Shown: positions 9,900-19,488, numbered from the stretch's first letter. The stretch: 64,000 nt of DNA from an uncultured Gammaproteobacteria bacterium (GCA_964466835.1 CAYXNV010000003.1:517-64516), one strand, 5' to 3'. Numbers and translations are program-made. The notes: a model not told the origin generated them from the sequence alone.

Positions 9900-12389
9900 C
9901 TAAATAATTTTCTTTAAATATTGTCCCGTATAACTCTTTTTTTCTTTAACTATTTCTTTGGGAGTACCTTGGGCAACTATTTCACCACCTTTATCTCCAC
10001 CATCTGGACCCAAATCAACTACCCAATCAACTGATTTGATAACATCAAAGTTATGTTCAATAATTAGAACTGTATTACCTTGGTCAACTAACATATTAAG
10101 GACCTTAAGGAGTCGATCAATATCAGCAAAGTGAAGACCAGTAGTAGGTTCATCTAAAATATATAATGTTTTACCAGTCGCTCTTCTGGATAACTCCGTT
10201 GCTAACTTAATTCTTTGTGCTTCACCGCCAGAAAAAGTGGTGGCCGCTTGACCCAATTTAATATAGCCAAGACCAACCTCTTCTAAAGTGCTAAGTTTTT
10301 GGCTAAGAGCTGATTGGCCTTTGAAAAATTCTTTAGCCTCAGTTACAGTCATTTCCAGCACTTCATAAATATTTTTATCTTTATACTTAATCTCTAAAAC
10401 TTTTTGTTTAAACCTTTTCCCTCCACAAGTTTCGCAAGTTAGATAAACATCAGATAAAAATTGCATTTCTACTTTAATTACACCATCACCAGCACAATTT
10501 TCACAACGACCACCAGGGACATTAAAAGAAAAATGACCAGCAGTTAAATTCTTTACTTGAGCCTCTGGTAATTCTGCAAATAAATCACGAATATAGGTAA
10601 ATAAACCAGTATAAGTAGCGGGGTTAGAACGAGGAGTGCGTCCAATTGGAGATTGATCAATATTAATTACCTTATCAATATTATTCAAACCTTTAATTTC
10701 CTTATGTGCTCCTGGCTCAGCTTTAGCACGATAGAATTTTTTGCTTAAAGCAGTTGCTAAAATATCACTCATTAAAGTTGACTTCCCTGACCCTGACACA
10801 CCCGTGATGGCCACTAATTTACCTAAAGGAATCTTTACATCTATATTCTTTAAATTATGTTCTTTAGCACCAATAATTTCAATTGCCTTACCATTGCCTT
10901 TACGATATTTTTCTGGAGATTTAATCTCCTTCTTGCCTGACAAATAGGCGCCAGTTGAAGAATTTTTACATTTTTTTATATCTTGAGGACTGCCAGCAAA
11001 AATAATTTCTCCACCAAGGTCTCCGGCTCCTGGACCAACATCAATTAACCAATCAGCTGCCAGCATAGTTGAGGCATCATGTTCAACAACAATTACGGTA
11101 TTATCATTATCACGTAATTTTTTTAGAGTAGAAATTAATTTATCATTATCTTTTTGATGTAAACCAATTGATGGTTCATCTAGAATATAGAGGACACCAC
11201 TTAAAGCTGAGCCAACCTGAGAAGCTAGACGAATCCTTTGGGCTTCACCACCAGACAAAGTAACAGCAGAACGACTAAGGGTTAGATAATTTAGACCGAC
11301 ATTTGATAGAAATTCTAAATTTTTAACCATTTCTTTAATAATTGGCTCAATAACTTCAGCTTGACCATTTAAAACTGTTGGTTTTTTCAACCAACCAGCA
11401 AAAAGCTTCTTTAACTCTTCAATATTATTATTAGTTACCTCATTAATTGCTAATTTATCAACTTTCACTGCTAAAATTTCTGCTTTTAAGCGAGCACCGT
11501 GACAAGTCGGACAAAGACAAACTCGCATACACTTTTCTATTTCTTGCTTAACAAAATTAGATTTTGTTTCTTGATATTTATTTTCTAAAATAGCTAATAA
11601 GCCAGAAAATTTTGAATCACCTTTTAGTAATAAACTTTTTGCTTTTGGCTCTAAATCTTTAATAGCGGTTCGCAAACTAAAACCACCTCTCTCTGCTAAA
11701 CTTGTTAAATCATCAAGTAAACCATTACTAGTTAAATTAGCATGAGATAGTGGCTTCACAGCTCCTTCTAAAATACTAAGTTTTTGGTTAAAAACTAATT
11801 CGGGATTAATCTCTGCTTTAGTGCCTAGTCCACTACAATCAGGGCAAGCGCCATGACTAGAATTAAAAGAAAAATCACGCGGCTCTAAACTAGTTCGACG
11901 ATAATCGCAACTTGGACAAACGAAAGAACGTTCTCTTACTTTAGTTTTTACTTGTTTGCCTCGAATTGATTTAACTTTCTTTTTTTCTTCAGAAATCTTC
12001 TTTAATTTCACACTACAAGTAGGACAATAGGGCTGACCACAACGAGCATATAACAAACGAAGGTAATCATAGACCTCTGTAATAGTACCAACGGTTGAAC
12101 GGGGATTATTACCAACCGTTCTTTGATCAATGGAGATAGCTGGTGATAGACCCTCAATTAAATCAACATCTGGTTTATCCATTAAACCAACAAATTGACG
12201 AGCATAAGAAGATAATGATTCAACATAACGACGTTGACCTTCAGCATAGATAGTGTCAAAAGCTAGAGATGATTTACCTGATCCTGATAAACCAGTAATG
12301 ACGATCAATTTATCACGAGGAATATCTAAATCAACATTTTTTAAATTATTTGTTCTTGCTCCTTTAATTTTGAGAAAATTTACTGCCAT
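9900..12389 (-). CDS. uvrA: UvrA-family ABC ATPase (excinuclease subunit A-like) lacking the UvrB-binding domain
   Basis: 829-aa ORF with two ABC modules (GLSGSGKSS and GVSGSGKST Walker A; two LSGGEAQR signatures). The N-terminus is near-identical in pattern to E. coli UvrA. Only 32 residues separate CPTC (aa 122-125) from CPSC (aa 158-161). Confidence 0.9.
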   Translation of the reverse strand: MAVNFLKIKGARTNNLKNVDLDIPRDKLIVITGLSGSGKSSLAFDTIYAEGQRRYVESLSSYARQFVGLMDKPDVDLIEGLSPAISIDQRTVGNNPRSTVGTITEVYDYLRLLYARCGQPYCPTCSVKLKKISEEKKKVKSIRGKQVKTKVRERSFVCPSCDYRRTSLEPRDFSFNSSHGACPDCSGLGTKAEINPELVFNQKLSILEGAVKPLSHANLTSNGLLDDLTSLAERGGFSLRTAIKDLEPKAKSLLLKGDSKFSGLLAILENKYQETKSNFVKQEIEKCMRVCLCPTCHGARLKAEILAVKVDKLAINEVTNNNIEELKKLFAGWLKKPTVLNGQAEVIEPIIKEMVKNLEFLSNVGLNYLTLSRSAVTLSGGEAQRIRLASQVGSALSGVLYILDEPSIGLHQKDNDKLISTLKKLRDNDNTVIVVEHDASTMLAADWLIDVGPGAGDLGGEIIFAGSPQDIKKCKNSSTGAYLSGKKEIKSPEKYRKGNGKAIEIIGAKEHNLKNIDVKIPLGKLVAITGVSGSGKSTLMSDILATALSKKFYRAKAEPGAHKEIKGLNNIDKVINIDQSPIGRTPRSNPATYTGLFTYIRDLFAELPEAQVKNLTAGHFSFNVPGGRCENCAGDGVIKVEMQFLSDVYLTCETCGGKRFKQKVLEIKYKDKNIYEVLEMTVTEAKEFFKGQSALSQKLSTLEEVGLGYIKLGQAATTFSGGEAQRIKLATELSRRATGKTLYILDEPTTGLHFADIDRLLKVLNMLVDQGNTVLIIEHNFDVIKSVDWVVDLGPDGGDKGGEIVAQGTPKEIVKEKKSYTGQYLKKII

Positions 12390-12486
12390 GGAAATAAAAG
12401 TTAAAAATTATTAAGCTCTATTGTACACTAAAATAACAAAAAAGACAAGACTGAAGTAGGTCTTGTCTTTTTAAATTGGTTTATAA

Positions 12487-13524
12487 CTAAAATATTGGAT
12501 AGAAAATCTTGAAGAAGGTGATAAAAATTTTATCATACCATCTTATCTTTTTATATCTAGCCTTAAAGGGGGTTGCTTCTTTTTTCCAATCTTCAATAAC
12601 TTTTCTTAAATCATTAACTAAATCTTTCTGACTAAAAAATACTCCTAACTCAGCCAAAAAATTAAAAGATAATATATCCATGTTCTGAGAACCTATCACT
12701 CCTTCTTGATCATCAACTAACATTAACTTAGCGTGATTCATGGTTGGGGTGAGATAAAATTTCACGCCCAAACTAGCGAGACGACAGCAATTTAAATAAT
12801 TAATTTTATTTATTGGTTTTACATCTGTATCATTGGGAATAATTATCTCTACTTTAACTCCTCGTTCACAAGCACTGGCCAAATGAGCCACTAACCAACG
12901 AGGGGGGATAAAATAAGGGGTAACAATTTGAATTGATTTTCTAGCTTCAGAAATTTTTTGACGATAATAGTTATTTAGATAATAAAGACGTTTAGTGCTA
13001 GGCCAATTATCAGTTACCCAAGCTTTTATCTTTTGCGACATTGGTAAATTACTAAATTTCAAAATTGATTCTTTTTTCCCTCCACATTTACGATAGGCCT
13101 TGGAAAAAGATTTTAAAATCGGCTTTACAATTCGCCCCTCTAATTTAATTTGCAGATCACGCCAATACCTAATTTCATTTTTAATATTAACTCCTCCCAA
13201 AAAAGCCACCTTATTATCAATTACTAAAATCTTACGATGAGTTCGTCGTAACCAACTATTGAAATAGATAAATTCTACTCCGGCTTCACGTAGCCCTTTA
13301 ATTGCAGAAGACTTTAAAGCAGAGCTGCCATAGATATCAGCAATAATAACCACCTCTAAACCAGATCTAGCCTTTTCTTTGAATAGACCAAAAAAATCAT
13401 GAGTTTTCTTGGTGTCATCAAGACAAATAAACATTTCTAAATAAATAGATTTCTGAGCTGCTTTAACGGCTTTAATCATTCCATCCCAAGCTTTTTGTGA
13501 AGTTGTATATAATTTATATTTCAT
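12487..13524 (-). CDS. phospholipase D / cardiolipin-synthase-like protein (two HKD motifs)
   Basis: 345-aa ORF with two HKD motifs, HRKILVIDNKVAFLGGVN and HAKLMLVDDQEGVIGSQN. No N-terminal TM segment is evident. Confidence 0.8.
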   Translation of the reverse strand: MKYKLYTTSQKAWDGMIKAVKAAQKSIYLEMFICLDDTKKTHDFFGLFKEKARSGLEVVIIADIYGSSALKSSAIKGLREAGVEFIYFNSWLRRTHRKILVIDNKVAFLGGVNIKNEIRYWRDLQIKLEGRIVKPILKSFSKAYRKCGGKKESILKFSNLPMSQKIKAWVTDNWPSTKRLYYLNNYYRQKISEARKSIQIVTPYFIPPRWLVAHLASACERGVKVEIIIPNDTDVKPINKINYLNCCRLASLGVKFYLTPTMNHAKLMLVDDQEGVIGSQNMDILSFNFLAELGVFFSQKDLVNDLRKVIEDWKKEATPFKARYKKIRWYDKIFITFFKIFYPIF

Positions 13525-13568
13525 AAGATATATTTTAGCATATTTTAAGGAAATAATTATCCTTTCTA

Positions 13569-13597
13569 TTGACTTAATTTATTTTTTATGATATATT
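13569..13597 (+). promoter_or_regulatory. sigma70-type promoter (TTGACT-N17-TATATT) for the 13647 cassette
   Basis: TTGACT at 13569-13574, a 17-nt spacer, then TATATT at 13592-13597. Confidence 0.45.
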
Positions 13598-13646
13598 ATC
13601 ATATTCCTTAATAATCAAATAAAATACCAATTTAAAACATTCCACA

Positions 13647-14306
13647 ATGAAAAACCTAACCGTTTATTTTATTATTTTCTTTATTGCCTCAATGTTCGTT
13701 GGTTGTAGTTCGAAGATACTACCAACACAAGCACCTCTAATCAATACTAAAGTATGTGACAGAACTCCAGAAGAACAAAGAAAGTTGGACTCAATCATGA
13801 GCCTTGATTTCACCACTGATGAAGATGGGGTATATAACTATCCTCCTGATGAGATGGATACATACGATCCCCAGGACTACAACGTTCTCCTGAGAGGCAG
13901 AATAATACTGCCTGTCACAGCCGAGGACAGCTTGAAGGGTACAAAACAGTCTTCCATGGAATATAGCTTCATTGAATGGGATGAAGAAATATCAATGAAG
14001 TTGCATAGCTTCCAGGGACACTATTCGCTCTATCCCCCTCCAGAACACAGAGAGCCCACTGAACAATGCCCAATACACGTTTTCATGGCTATCAAAGACG
14101 TCCTTGAGGGAATATTGGCCTACCAGGTCGATTGGAGTTCCGATGGCGAAATGACTAATATCTGGTTCAAGAGCTTAACATTGCAGAAATACGAAGTTCA
14201 TTTCTATGGAAAGCCAGATTTGGTCAGGATTCTAAGAATCACTGACGAACTCGAAAATAAACTTGGTGTTATAATCACCAAAGAATACTGGAGCAAACAG
14301 AGATAA
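13647..14306 (+). CDS. predicted lipoprotein, unknown function (compositionally atypical)
   Basis: 219-aa ORF with a signal peptide and lipobox (FIASMFVGC). The hand-counted 60-nt line 14041-14100 is 47% GC, well above neighbouring genes. It has its own promoter and terminator. Confidence 0.6.
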   Translation: MKNLTVYFIIFFIASMFVGCSSKILPTQAPLINTKVCDRTPEEQRKLDSIMSLDFTTDEDGVYNYPPDEMDTYDPQDYNVLLRGRIILPVTAEDSLKGTKQSSMEYSFIEWDEEISMKLHSFQGHYSLYPPPEHREPTEQCPIHVFMAIKDVLEGILAYQVDWSSDGEMTNIWFKSLTLQKYEVHFYGKPDLVRILRITDELENKLGVIITKEYWSKQR

Positions 14307-14319
14307 GGCAAAAAGCCAA

Positions 14320-14348
14320 AACCAGCTCAACGAGCTGGTTTTCTTTTT
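14320..14348 (+). terminator. intrinsic terminator
   Basis: AACCAGCTC-aac-GAGCTGGTT stem followed by TTCTTTTT. It abuts the tRNA-Glu 3' end. Confidence 0.7.
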
Positions 14349-14349
14349 G

Positions 14350-14421
14350 CAGTCCCTAGGGGAATCGAACCCCTGTTTCCAGGATGAAAACCTGGCGTCC
14401 TAACCACTAGACGAAGGGACC
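14350..14421 (-). tRNA. tRNA-Glu (anticodon UUC)
   Basis: The reverse complement reads GGTCCCTTCGTCTAGTGGTTAGGACGCCAGGTTTTCATCCTGGAAACAGGGGTTCGATTCCCCTAGGGACTG. It folds as a cloverleaf with anticodon loop TTTTCAT and a TTCGATT T-loop. No CCA is encoded. Confidence 0.9.
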
Positions 14422-14538
14422 ATTATTTTTGGCAAAAAATAAAAATCTATGTAGCTAGATTTAATCCTATTGTATAGATATTCCTTTGTTCTGTCAACTG
14501 ATTTGTCTTTTTCCAAAAATCCTCTACAATACTAATAT

Positions 14539-15564
14539 ATGTATATATTAGGAATAGAAACAAGTTGTGATGAGACTGCAGCTGCGGTTGTTAAAGCTGG
14601 CCCAAATAACAAAGTCAGAGTTTTATCTAATATTATTTCTTCACAAATAGATATTCATAAAAAATATGGTGGAGTAGTGCCGGAAATAGCGGCGCGAGAA
14701 CATGTGGTTAATATTTTGCCCGTTATCCATGAATCTTTAAAAAAAGCTAAGATATCTGAAAAAAAAATTGATCTAATTACTGTTACTAAAGGTCCGGGAC
14801 TAATAACTTCTCTCATTACTGGAGTAGAAACTGCTCGTACTCTAGCTTTTGCCTGGCAAAAACCAATTATAGAAGTAAATCATATTGAAGGGCACATCTA
14901 TTCTAATTTTATTGATCTAAAATCTCCAATTAAATTCCCTGCCTTGATATTAACTGTTTCTGGCGGTCATACCACTCTATTGTTAATGGATAATAAAGGA
15001 AAAATAAAAATTATTGGTGATACTCGTGATGATGCCGCTGGTGAAGCCTATGATAAAGCCGCTAAAATGATGAACTTAGGCTATCCTGGTGGACCAATTA
15101 TTTCTAAATACGCTGAAGATTATAAAAAAACTAAAAAGAAAGATAACTTAAACTTTCCCCGACCAATGATAGATAGTAATAATTTTGATTTTTCTTTTTC
15201 TGGATTAAAAACCTCCCTATTATACCAACTAAAAAAAGATAAAAATTGGAAAAAAAGAATTCCTGAATATTGTTTTGCTTTTCAACAAGCAATTATTGAT
15301 GTTTTAATAAATAAAACTATAAAGGCAGCCAGGAAATACAAAGTAAAAACAATAATGATAGCCGGTGGTGTAAGTGCTAACAATGAATTAAGAAAACAAA
15401 TGGCTAGAGCAGCAAAGAAAGAGCTACCCAATGCTAACTTTATAATCCCTAAAAAAGAATACACAACTGATAATGCCGCTATGATTGCAAGTGCTGCCTA
15501 TTTTAAAAAGAAATCAGTATCCTTTAAGCAAATTGGGGCTGATGCTAGTTTACAACTTAAATAA
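14539..15564 (+). CDS. tsaD: tRNA N6-adenosine threonylcarbamoyltransferase
   Basis: 341-aa ORF. The N-terminus ILGIETSCDETAAAV and the motifs VSGGHT and GGVSAN are typical of TsaD/Kae1. Confidence 0.92.
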   Translation: MYILGIETSCDETAAAVVKAGPNNKVRVLSNIISSQIDIHKKYGGVVPEIAAREHVVNILPVIHESLKKAKISEKKIDLITVTKGPGLITSLITGVETARTLAFAWQKPIIEVNHIEGHIYSNFIDLKSPIKFPALILTVSGGHTTLLLMDNKGKIKIIGDTRDDAAGEAYDKAAKMMNLGYPGGPIISKYAEDYKKTKKKDNLNFPRPMIDSNNFDFSFSGLKTSLLYQLKKDKNWKKRIPEYCFAFQQAIIDVLINKTIKAARKYKVKTIMIAGGVSANNELRKQMARAAKKELPNANFIIPKKEYTTDNAAMIASAAYFKKKSVSFKQIGADASLQLK

Positions 15565-15589
15565 GATAAGCTAAAATTCAAATACTACT

Positions 15590-15663
15590 GGCTCGATGGC
15601 GAAGTGGTCTAACGCTGCGGTTTGCAAAACCGTCATTCGTGGGTTCGAATCCCACTCGAGCCT
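15590..15663 (+). tRNA. tRNA-Cys (anticodon GCA)
   Basis: Sequence GGCTCGATGGCGAAGTGGTCTAACGCTGCGGTTTGCAAAACCGTCATTCGTGGGTTCGAATCCCACTCGAGCCT. The acceptor stem is GGCTCGA/TCGAGCC, the anticodon loop is TTGCAAA, and the discriminator is U as expected for Cys. Confidence 0.88.
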
Positions 15664-15669
15664 CAACTA

Positions 15670-15715
15670 TTAAAACAGCTTAAGTCTATGAATACCTGGA
15701 CTTAAGCTGTTTTAA
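15670..15715 (+). terminator. 17-bp perfect inverted repeat (hairpin) downstream of tRNA-Cys
   Basis: TTAAAACAGCTTAAGTC (15670-15686) pairs perfectly with GACTTAAGCTGTTTTAA (15699-15715) across a 12-nt loop. Confidence 0.6.
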
Positions 15716-15913
15716 TATAACTTGAAAAATCAACTCAATAACTACTATTTATCCTTAAAATCTGTGGATAACTTGTGTTTTCTGTGTACAAAACTAAGTT
15801 TTAAGTCTAAGATATCGTGGACTTAAATACTAAAAATGGTATAAATATGGTCTAAATATGGTATTAATTTTAACTAATATTAAACAAATATACTAGTTAT
15901 CAACAAGTAATAA

Positions 15914-15942
15914 TTGACCCTATTATTAAAAAATGCTATAAT
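15914..15942 (+). promoter_or_regulatory. sigma70-type promoter (TTGACC-N17-TATAAT) with no ORF downstream
   Basis: TTGACC at 15914-15919, a 17-nt spacer, then TATAAT at 15937-15942. Confidence 0.5.
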
Positions 15943-15948
15943 TAGAGT

Positions 15949-16298
15949 AAGTTCTTTAACTGGTTCTACACTTTGCCAACGCTGACGTGGCAAATATACA
16001 TTGGAGGGTAGGTTAAATAGTGTTAGCCAAAATCAATAAAATTCAATAAAAACACAAAAAGATGTTTTATTTAATTTTATTACAAGCTAACAAATATAAT
16101 TAAAATAATCTTAACTTACTAAGAGCCGGTAAAGATCCGCTCTTTAAGTCAGCAAAGATGCTTCTTTTTCTACTAACATAACACAAAGTAAAAAAACAAA
16201 AGTTATATTAGTAGGAATGAGGCTCAGACTGAGGCCATAAATTAATTTTTATTTATTTTATATAAAAAAGCGGCCCGTTCTGGGCCTCTTTTTATTTT
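15949..16298 (+). ncRNA. candidate ~350-nt non-coding transcript of unknown class
   Basis: It is bounded by the promoter at 15914-15942 and a GGCCC-gttct-GGGCC hairpin plus T-tract at 16272-16298. The track shows no ORF of 60 aa or more on either strand in the 670-bp gap 15666-16334. Local hairpins include GCCA-acgctgacg-TGGC, AGAGCcGG-taaagat-CCGCTCT and CTACTAA...TTAGTAG. Confidence 0.35.
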
Positions 16299-16361
16299 AG
16301 CTAATATTAACCATATATTTGATATTGGCAAAAAATGAAATTTCCGCTAATATTAAAGCGT

Positions 16362-17426
16362 ATGTCATTATCAATTGGAATTGTTGGTTTGCCTAATGTT
16401 GGCAAATCAACTCTATTTAATGTCCTAACAAAAAATAAGGCTGAAGCAGCTAACTATCCCTTTTGCACTATTGATCCAAATGTAGGGATAGTACAGGTGC
16501 CTGATTTTCGTTTAGATAAACTAGCTAAAATCTCTAAACCAAAAGCTGTTATCCCAACCGCAATTGAATTTGTTGATATTGCGGGTTTAGTGTCTGGAGC
16601 TCATAAGGGCGAGGGCTTGGGTAATCAATTTTTGGCTCATATTAGGGAATGTAATGCGATTTGTGAAGTAATTAGAGACTTTAAAGATACTAATGTTATT
16701 CATGTTGATGGTAAAATTAATCCAGAAAGCGATAAAGAAACTATTAATATGGAGTTAATATTAGCTGATTTAGCAACCATCGAGAAAAGATTAGCTAAAA
16801 TTAATAAAGAAGCTAAAAGTGGTGATAAAGAAATTATAAAATTTAAAGGAATATTAGAGAGAATACAACAACATTTAGCTGATGGCAGAGCTGTTCGTAG
16901 TCTTAGATTTGATGATGAAGAGCTAGTATTAGTCAAAACCCTTAATTTACTCACCATTAAACCAATTATATACCTCCTCAACGTAGACGAAGATCATAGC
17001 GATGACGTTCTCTCTGGAACCAATAATCAAGTGGTTAAAATTAATGTAAAATTAGAGGAAGAAATAGCTAAATTACCAGGATCTGAGCAAATTGAGTATA
17101 TAAAAGAGTTAGGATTAGAACAAAGTGGTTTAGATAAATTAATCAAAAGTGCCTATAATTTGCTAGGATTAGAGACTTTTTTCACTACCGGCCCCGAAGA
17201 AACTAGAGCCTGGACTATTAAAAAGGGCACAAAAGCACCTGAGGCTGCCGGAGAGATCCATACTGACTTTATTAAAGGATTTATTAGAGCTGAGGTGATC
17301 AATTGGGAAAGCTTTGTTAAGGTTGATGGAGAAGCTAAAGCAAAGGAACAGGGATTAGTTAGAACTGAAGGTAAGGATTATGTAGTAAAAGACGGGGATG
17401 TTTGTTATTTTTTAGTTAATAAATAG
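16362..17426 (+). CDS. ychF: ribosome-binding ATPase YchF
   Basis: GIVGLPNVGKSTLFN P-loop, and a TGS-like C-terminus (VVKDGDVCYF). The track ORF starts at 16335, but the ATG at 16362 (MSLSIGIVGLPNVGKST) aligns with YchF N-termini. Confidence 0.9.
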   Translation: MSLSIGIVGLPNVGKSTLFNVLTKNKAEAANYPFCTIDPNVGIVQVPDFRLDKLAKISKPKAVIPTAIEFVDIAGLVSGAHKGEGLGNQFLAHIRECNAICEVIRDFKDTNVIHVDGKINPESDKETINMELILADLATIEKRLAKINKEAKSGDKEIIKFKGILERIQQHLADGRAVRSLRFDDEELVLVKTLNLLTIKPIIYLLNVDEDHSDDVLSGTNNQVVKINVKLEEEIAKLPGSEQIEYIKELGLEQSGLDKLIKSAYNLLGLETFFTTGPEETRAWTIKKGTKAPEAAGEIHTDFIKGFIRAEVINWESFVKVDGEAKAKEQGLVRTEGKDYVVKDGDVCYFLVNK

Positions 17427-17491
17427 ACTAATATTAAATAAATATAATATAAAAAGAGGTTTAATATCCTCTTTTTTAACACCTTTCTATG

Positions 17492-17520
17492 TTGACAAAT
17501 ATCAATATATATGATATAAT
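17492..17520 (+). promoter_or_regulatory. perfect-consensus sigma70 promoter (TTGACA-N17-TATAAT)
   Basis: TTGACA at 17492-17497, a 17-nt spacer, then TATAAT at 17515-17520. It lies just after the ychF terminator (AAAAGAGG...CCTCTTTT). Confidence 0.55.
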
Positions 17521-17597
17521 AACATAATGTCAAAATACGTTAATTGCTAACTTCCTGTGAAGTTGCCGTATTAAGACCTTAACAAATACCTTAACAA

Positions 17598-18662
17598 ATG
17601 AAAAACAGACTTCTGTTGATTTTTGCCTTTATCGTTATAGGCGGAGCAGTTATTGCTCAAAATAACGACGACACCAATTTCATGGCCATCTATGAAGCAG
17701 CCAAAACACTAAACCAGGAACGTTTCCAGGATATCAACGTTATTGATGTTGGTGACACTATTTTCTTCCCCAGTAAAACCGAGCCGGGTGGAATTGAGTA
17801 CTGGGTTGCTGATCAACCAGACTCAACTGGACGCCATGACTGTGTCTGGCGACTAACTCAGAAGTATTTGGCTGAAGAACTCCCAACTACTCCGATTCCT
17901 CCAGAACCAGTTATCCCTGAGCCCGTTATTGATCCTGTTATCGATGACAACGAAAGATCATCTTTCTGGGATTGGTTCTGGATTATCCTTATCGCAATAG
18001 TTGCTGCTGGTCTAATAAGAGGCGGGATACATTTTTTACTTAACAAGGATCTCCGGAAAAAATTGTTCAGGAATATGTTTAAAAGGAAAGATCCTGATAC
18101 CTGGGAACCGATGATTAAGGGAGCTGATGATCTCAACCATAATGACCTGGTTGACGAAATCGTTCAGACCCAGCTCTTTGGTCTCGGAGATAGCATTATC
18201 AAATCAGAACAAGGGATTCTGGTAAGAGATAGTGGGCCAAAAAAAATTGAAGTATTGATGGCCTTCGGTGATAAAAGAGCTCGCCAGGTATATATGTTTC
18301 CCGGCGAAAAAGCTGTAAGGCTGACCATTAAAGACAAGGACGGCAAAGAAAGGCTTGAATATTACCGTCGTCATTGTGGAAATCTGGTCGGAGCCATTTC
18401 TGAAGATCAATTTGAACTGCCTGATGGCTGGCGGTTCGTGGTCGAAGAAACCCTGGACAATCCAATGGACCCAGAAACAATTCAGGTAGATGCAAAAGAG
18501 GAAAAGGTTGAAACAATTACTGACATTGATCCGGCTAAAGTGGTTGACTCAGCCATGAACCTGACAGATGTTGCCAAGGAAGCTGTCAGGAAAAAAACCC
18601 CAACAACAATTACTATTGAAAAGGGGACGATCAAAATCGAAATCAAAAACGACGAAGAATAA
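17598..18662 (+). CDS. secreted or single-pass membrane protein, unknown function (GC-elevated)
   Basis: 354-aa ORF. It has a signal peptide ending ...AVIAQ, a Pro-rich linker (PTTPIPPEPVIPEPVIDPVID), one TM segment (FWIILIAIVAAGLI) and a ~190-aa C-terminal domain. Hand-counted lines 18361-18420 and 18421-18480 are 43% and 53% GC. Four antisense ORFs in the track reflect the scarcity of stop codons. Confidence 0.6.
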   Translation: MKNRLLLIFAFIVIGGAVIAQNNDDTNFMAIYEAAKTLNQERFQDINVIDVGDTIFFPSKTEPGGIEYWVADQPDSTGRHDCVWRLTQKYLAEELPTTPIPPEPVIPEPVIDPVIDDNERSSFWDWFWIILIAIVAAGLIRGGIHFLLNKDLRKKLFRNMFKRKDPDTWEPMIKGADDLNHNDLVDEIVQTQLFGLGDSIIKSEQGILVRDSGPKKIEVLMAFGDKRARQVYMFPGEKAVRLTIKDKDGKERLEYYRRHCGNLVGAISEDQFELPDGWRFVVEETLDNPMDPETIQVDAKEEKVETITDIDPAKVVDSAMNLTDVAKEAVRKKTPTTITIEKGTIKIEIKNDEE

Positions 18663-18684
18663 TCGGTCGTAAACGATTTTAAGA

Positions 18685-18716
18685 GCGGGACTTCTATAAG
18701 TTCCGCTTTTTCTTTT
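18685..18716 (+). terminator. intrinsic terminator
   Basis: GCGGGACTT-ctat-AAGTTCCGC stem followed by a T-run. Confidence 0.7.
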
Positions 18717-18801
18717 ATATTGACTTTTTAGTTAGAAAGTAATAAATTATATTATTAAACAATGTATTTTAAAAATCAAATATTAACTAAACAATATAGT
18801 C

Positions 18802-19488
18802 ATGAAAACACTTCTGTCATTTATTTTATTAACCCTTATCGCTGGCAATTTATTTGCTCAAAAATTGGAATTTCGTGATTTGCCTCATGATAATCCAAAC
18901 GAACGGAAGGTGGTTATCTTTAAAGAAATTAATCCACCCAACAAAACCTGGGTTAAAGATCGAAAAATATTTACTGAGAGAAGAATAAGGATCTGGGTTG
19001 ATACTATCCTTGATACTATAATCACATTAAAACACGTTAAAGACACTTGGATTGAAAAGGCCTACCTCTCCCCTGGAAAAGAAATTACGGACGATGAAAA
19101 AGATAGAAGGGAAAGAAATTATGGTTTTTTATACCTGAAACATCGAAAAACTATAACCACCTTCTGGAAATCATATCTCTATTCTCCAGGGACAAAATAT
19201 ATTGACTATAAAGAAGGCCATAGTACTAAGCTAAAATATGCTGATCGTACAGACTGGGGTTTAATAATTTTATACGCTATCGCCTTATTATTTCTAGCGT
19301 TAAACGAATTTAAATTCGTTCATAAATTACCAAAACAAACCCGCGGTTGGTTGGTGGCAATCTTTATTATTGACGTATTTGCTCTCTGGCTTCATCATTG
19401 GCTTTTCTTTCTTTTTGTTGTCGCCTACTTTATGATCAGGGGAGGTATATATATGCTGGTGCAAGCACAAAGAAAAAGGAAAAAATAA
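18802..19488 (+). CDS. signal-peptide protein with C-terminal TM segments, unknown function
   Basis: 228-aa ORF with a signal peptide ending ...GNLFAQ and 2-3 C-terminal hydrophobic helices. It is preceded by TTGACT-N17-TAAATT at 18720-18748. Confidence 0.55.
   Translation: MKTLLSFILLTLIAGNLFAQKLEFRDLPHDNPNERKVVIFKEINPPNKTWVKDRKIFTERRIRIWVDTILDTIITLKHVKDTWIEKAYLSPGKEITDDEKDRRERNYGFLYLKHRKTITTFWKSYLYSPGTKYIDYKEGHSTKLKYADRTDWGLIILYAIALLFLALNEFKFVHKLPKQTRGWLVAIFIIDVFALWLHHWLFFLFVVAYFMIRGGIYMLVQAQRKRKK

Noticed and set aside
15850-15865. The 16-mer GTCTAAATATGGTATT is shared with 63979-63994. There is also a local triple of AAATATGGT spaced 11 bp apart at 15833-15862, and ACTACTATT-like similarity between 15741-15760 and 63852-63873.
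   Set aside because: With about 70% A+T, my rough estimate is that a few exact 16-mer coincidences are expected within 64 kb. The flanks do not align colinearly. It may still be a shared operator, but the evidence is insufficient.
15748-15905. DnaA-box-like sequences that might mark oriC. There is one perfect box (TGTGGATAA, 15763-15771) and near-matches TTATCCTTA (15749-15757), TGTGTACAA (15784-15792) and TTATCAACA (15897-15905). TTTTCCACA also occurs at 63966-63974.
   Set aside because: Only one box is perfect. A 9-mer like this is expected by chance about once in 128 kb of two-strand sequence, and more often at this AT content. No dnaA, dnaN or other origin-linked gene is nearby, and I cannot compute GC skew by eye. 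A genome-wide skew plot and box count would be needed to settle it.
17858-18516. Four antisense ORFs in the track (17858-18136, 18164-18346, 18204-18410, 18328-18516) lie opposite the 17598-18662 gene. Many similar antisense or shadow ORFs occur elsewhere, for example 225-437, 1816-2055, 4584-4850, 10741-10947, 16700-16981, 21772-21960, 25584-25853, 32298-32579, 37830-38078, 46745-47017, 51005-51340, 58578-58946, 61120-61455 and 63037-63285.
   Set aside because: Each lies wholly inside, and antisense or out of frame to, a longer ORF with clear homology or coherent topology. Their products are low-complexity with no motifs. They are best explained as stop-codon-poor shadow frames.
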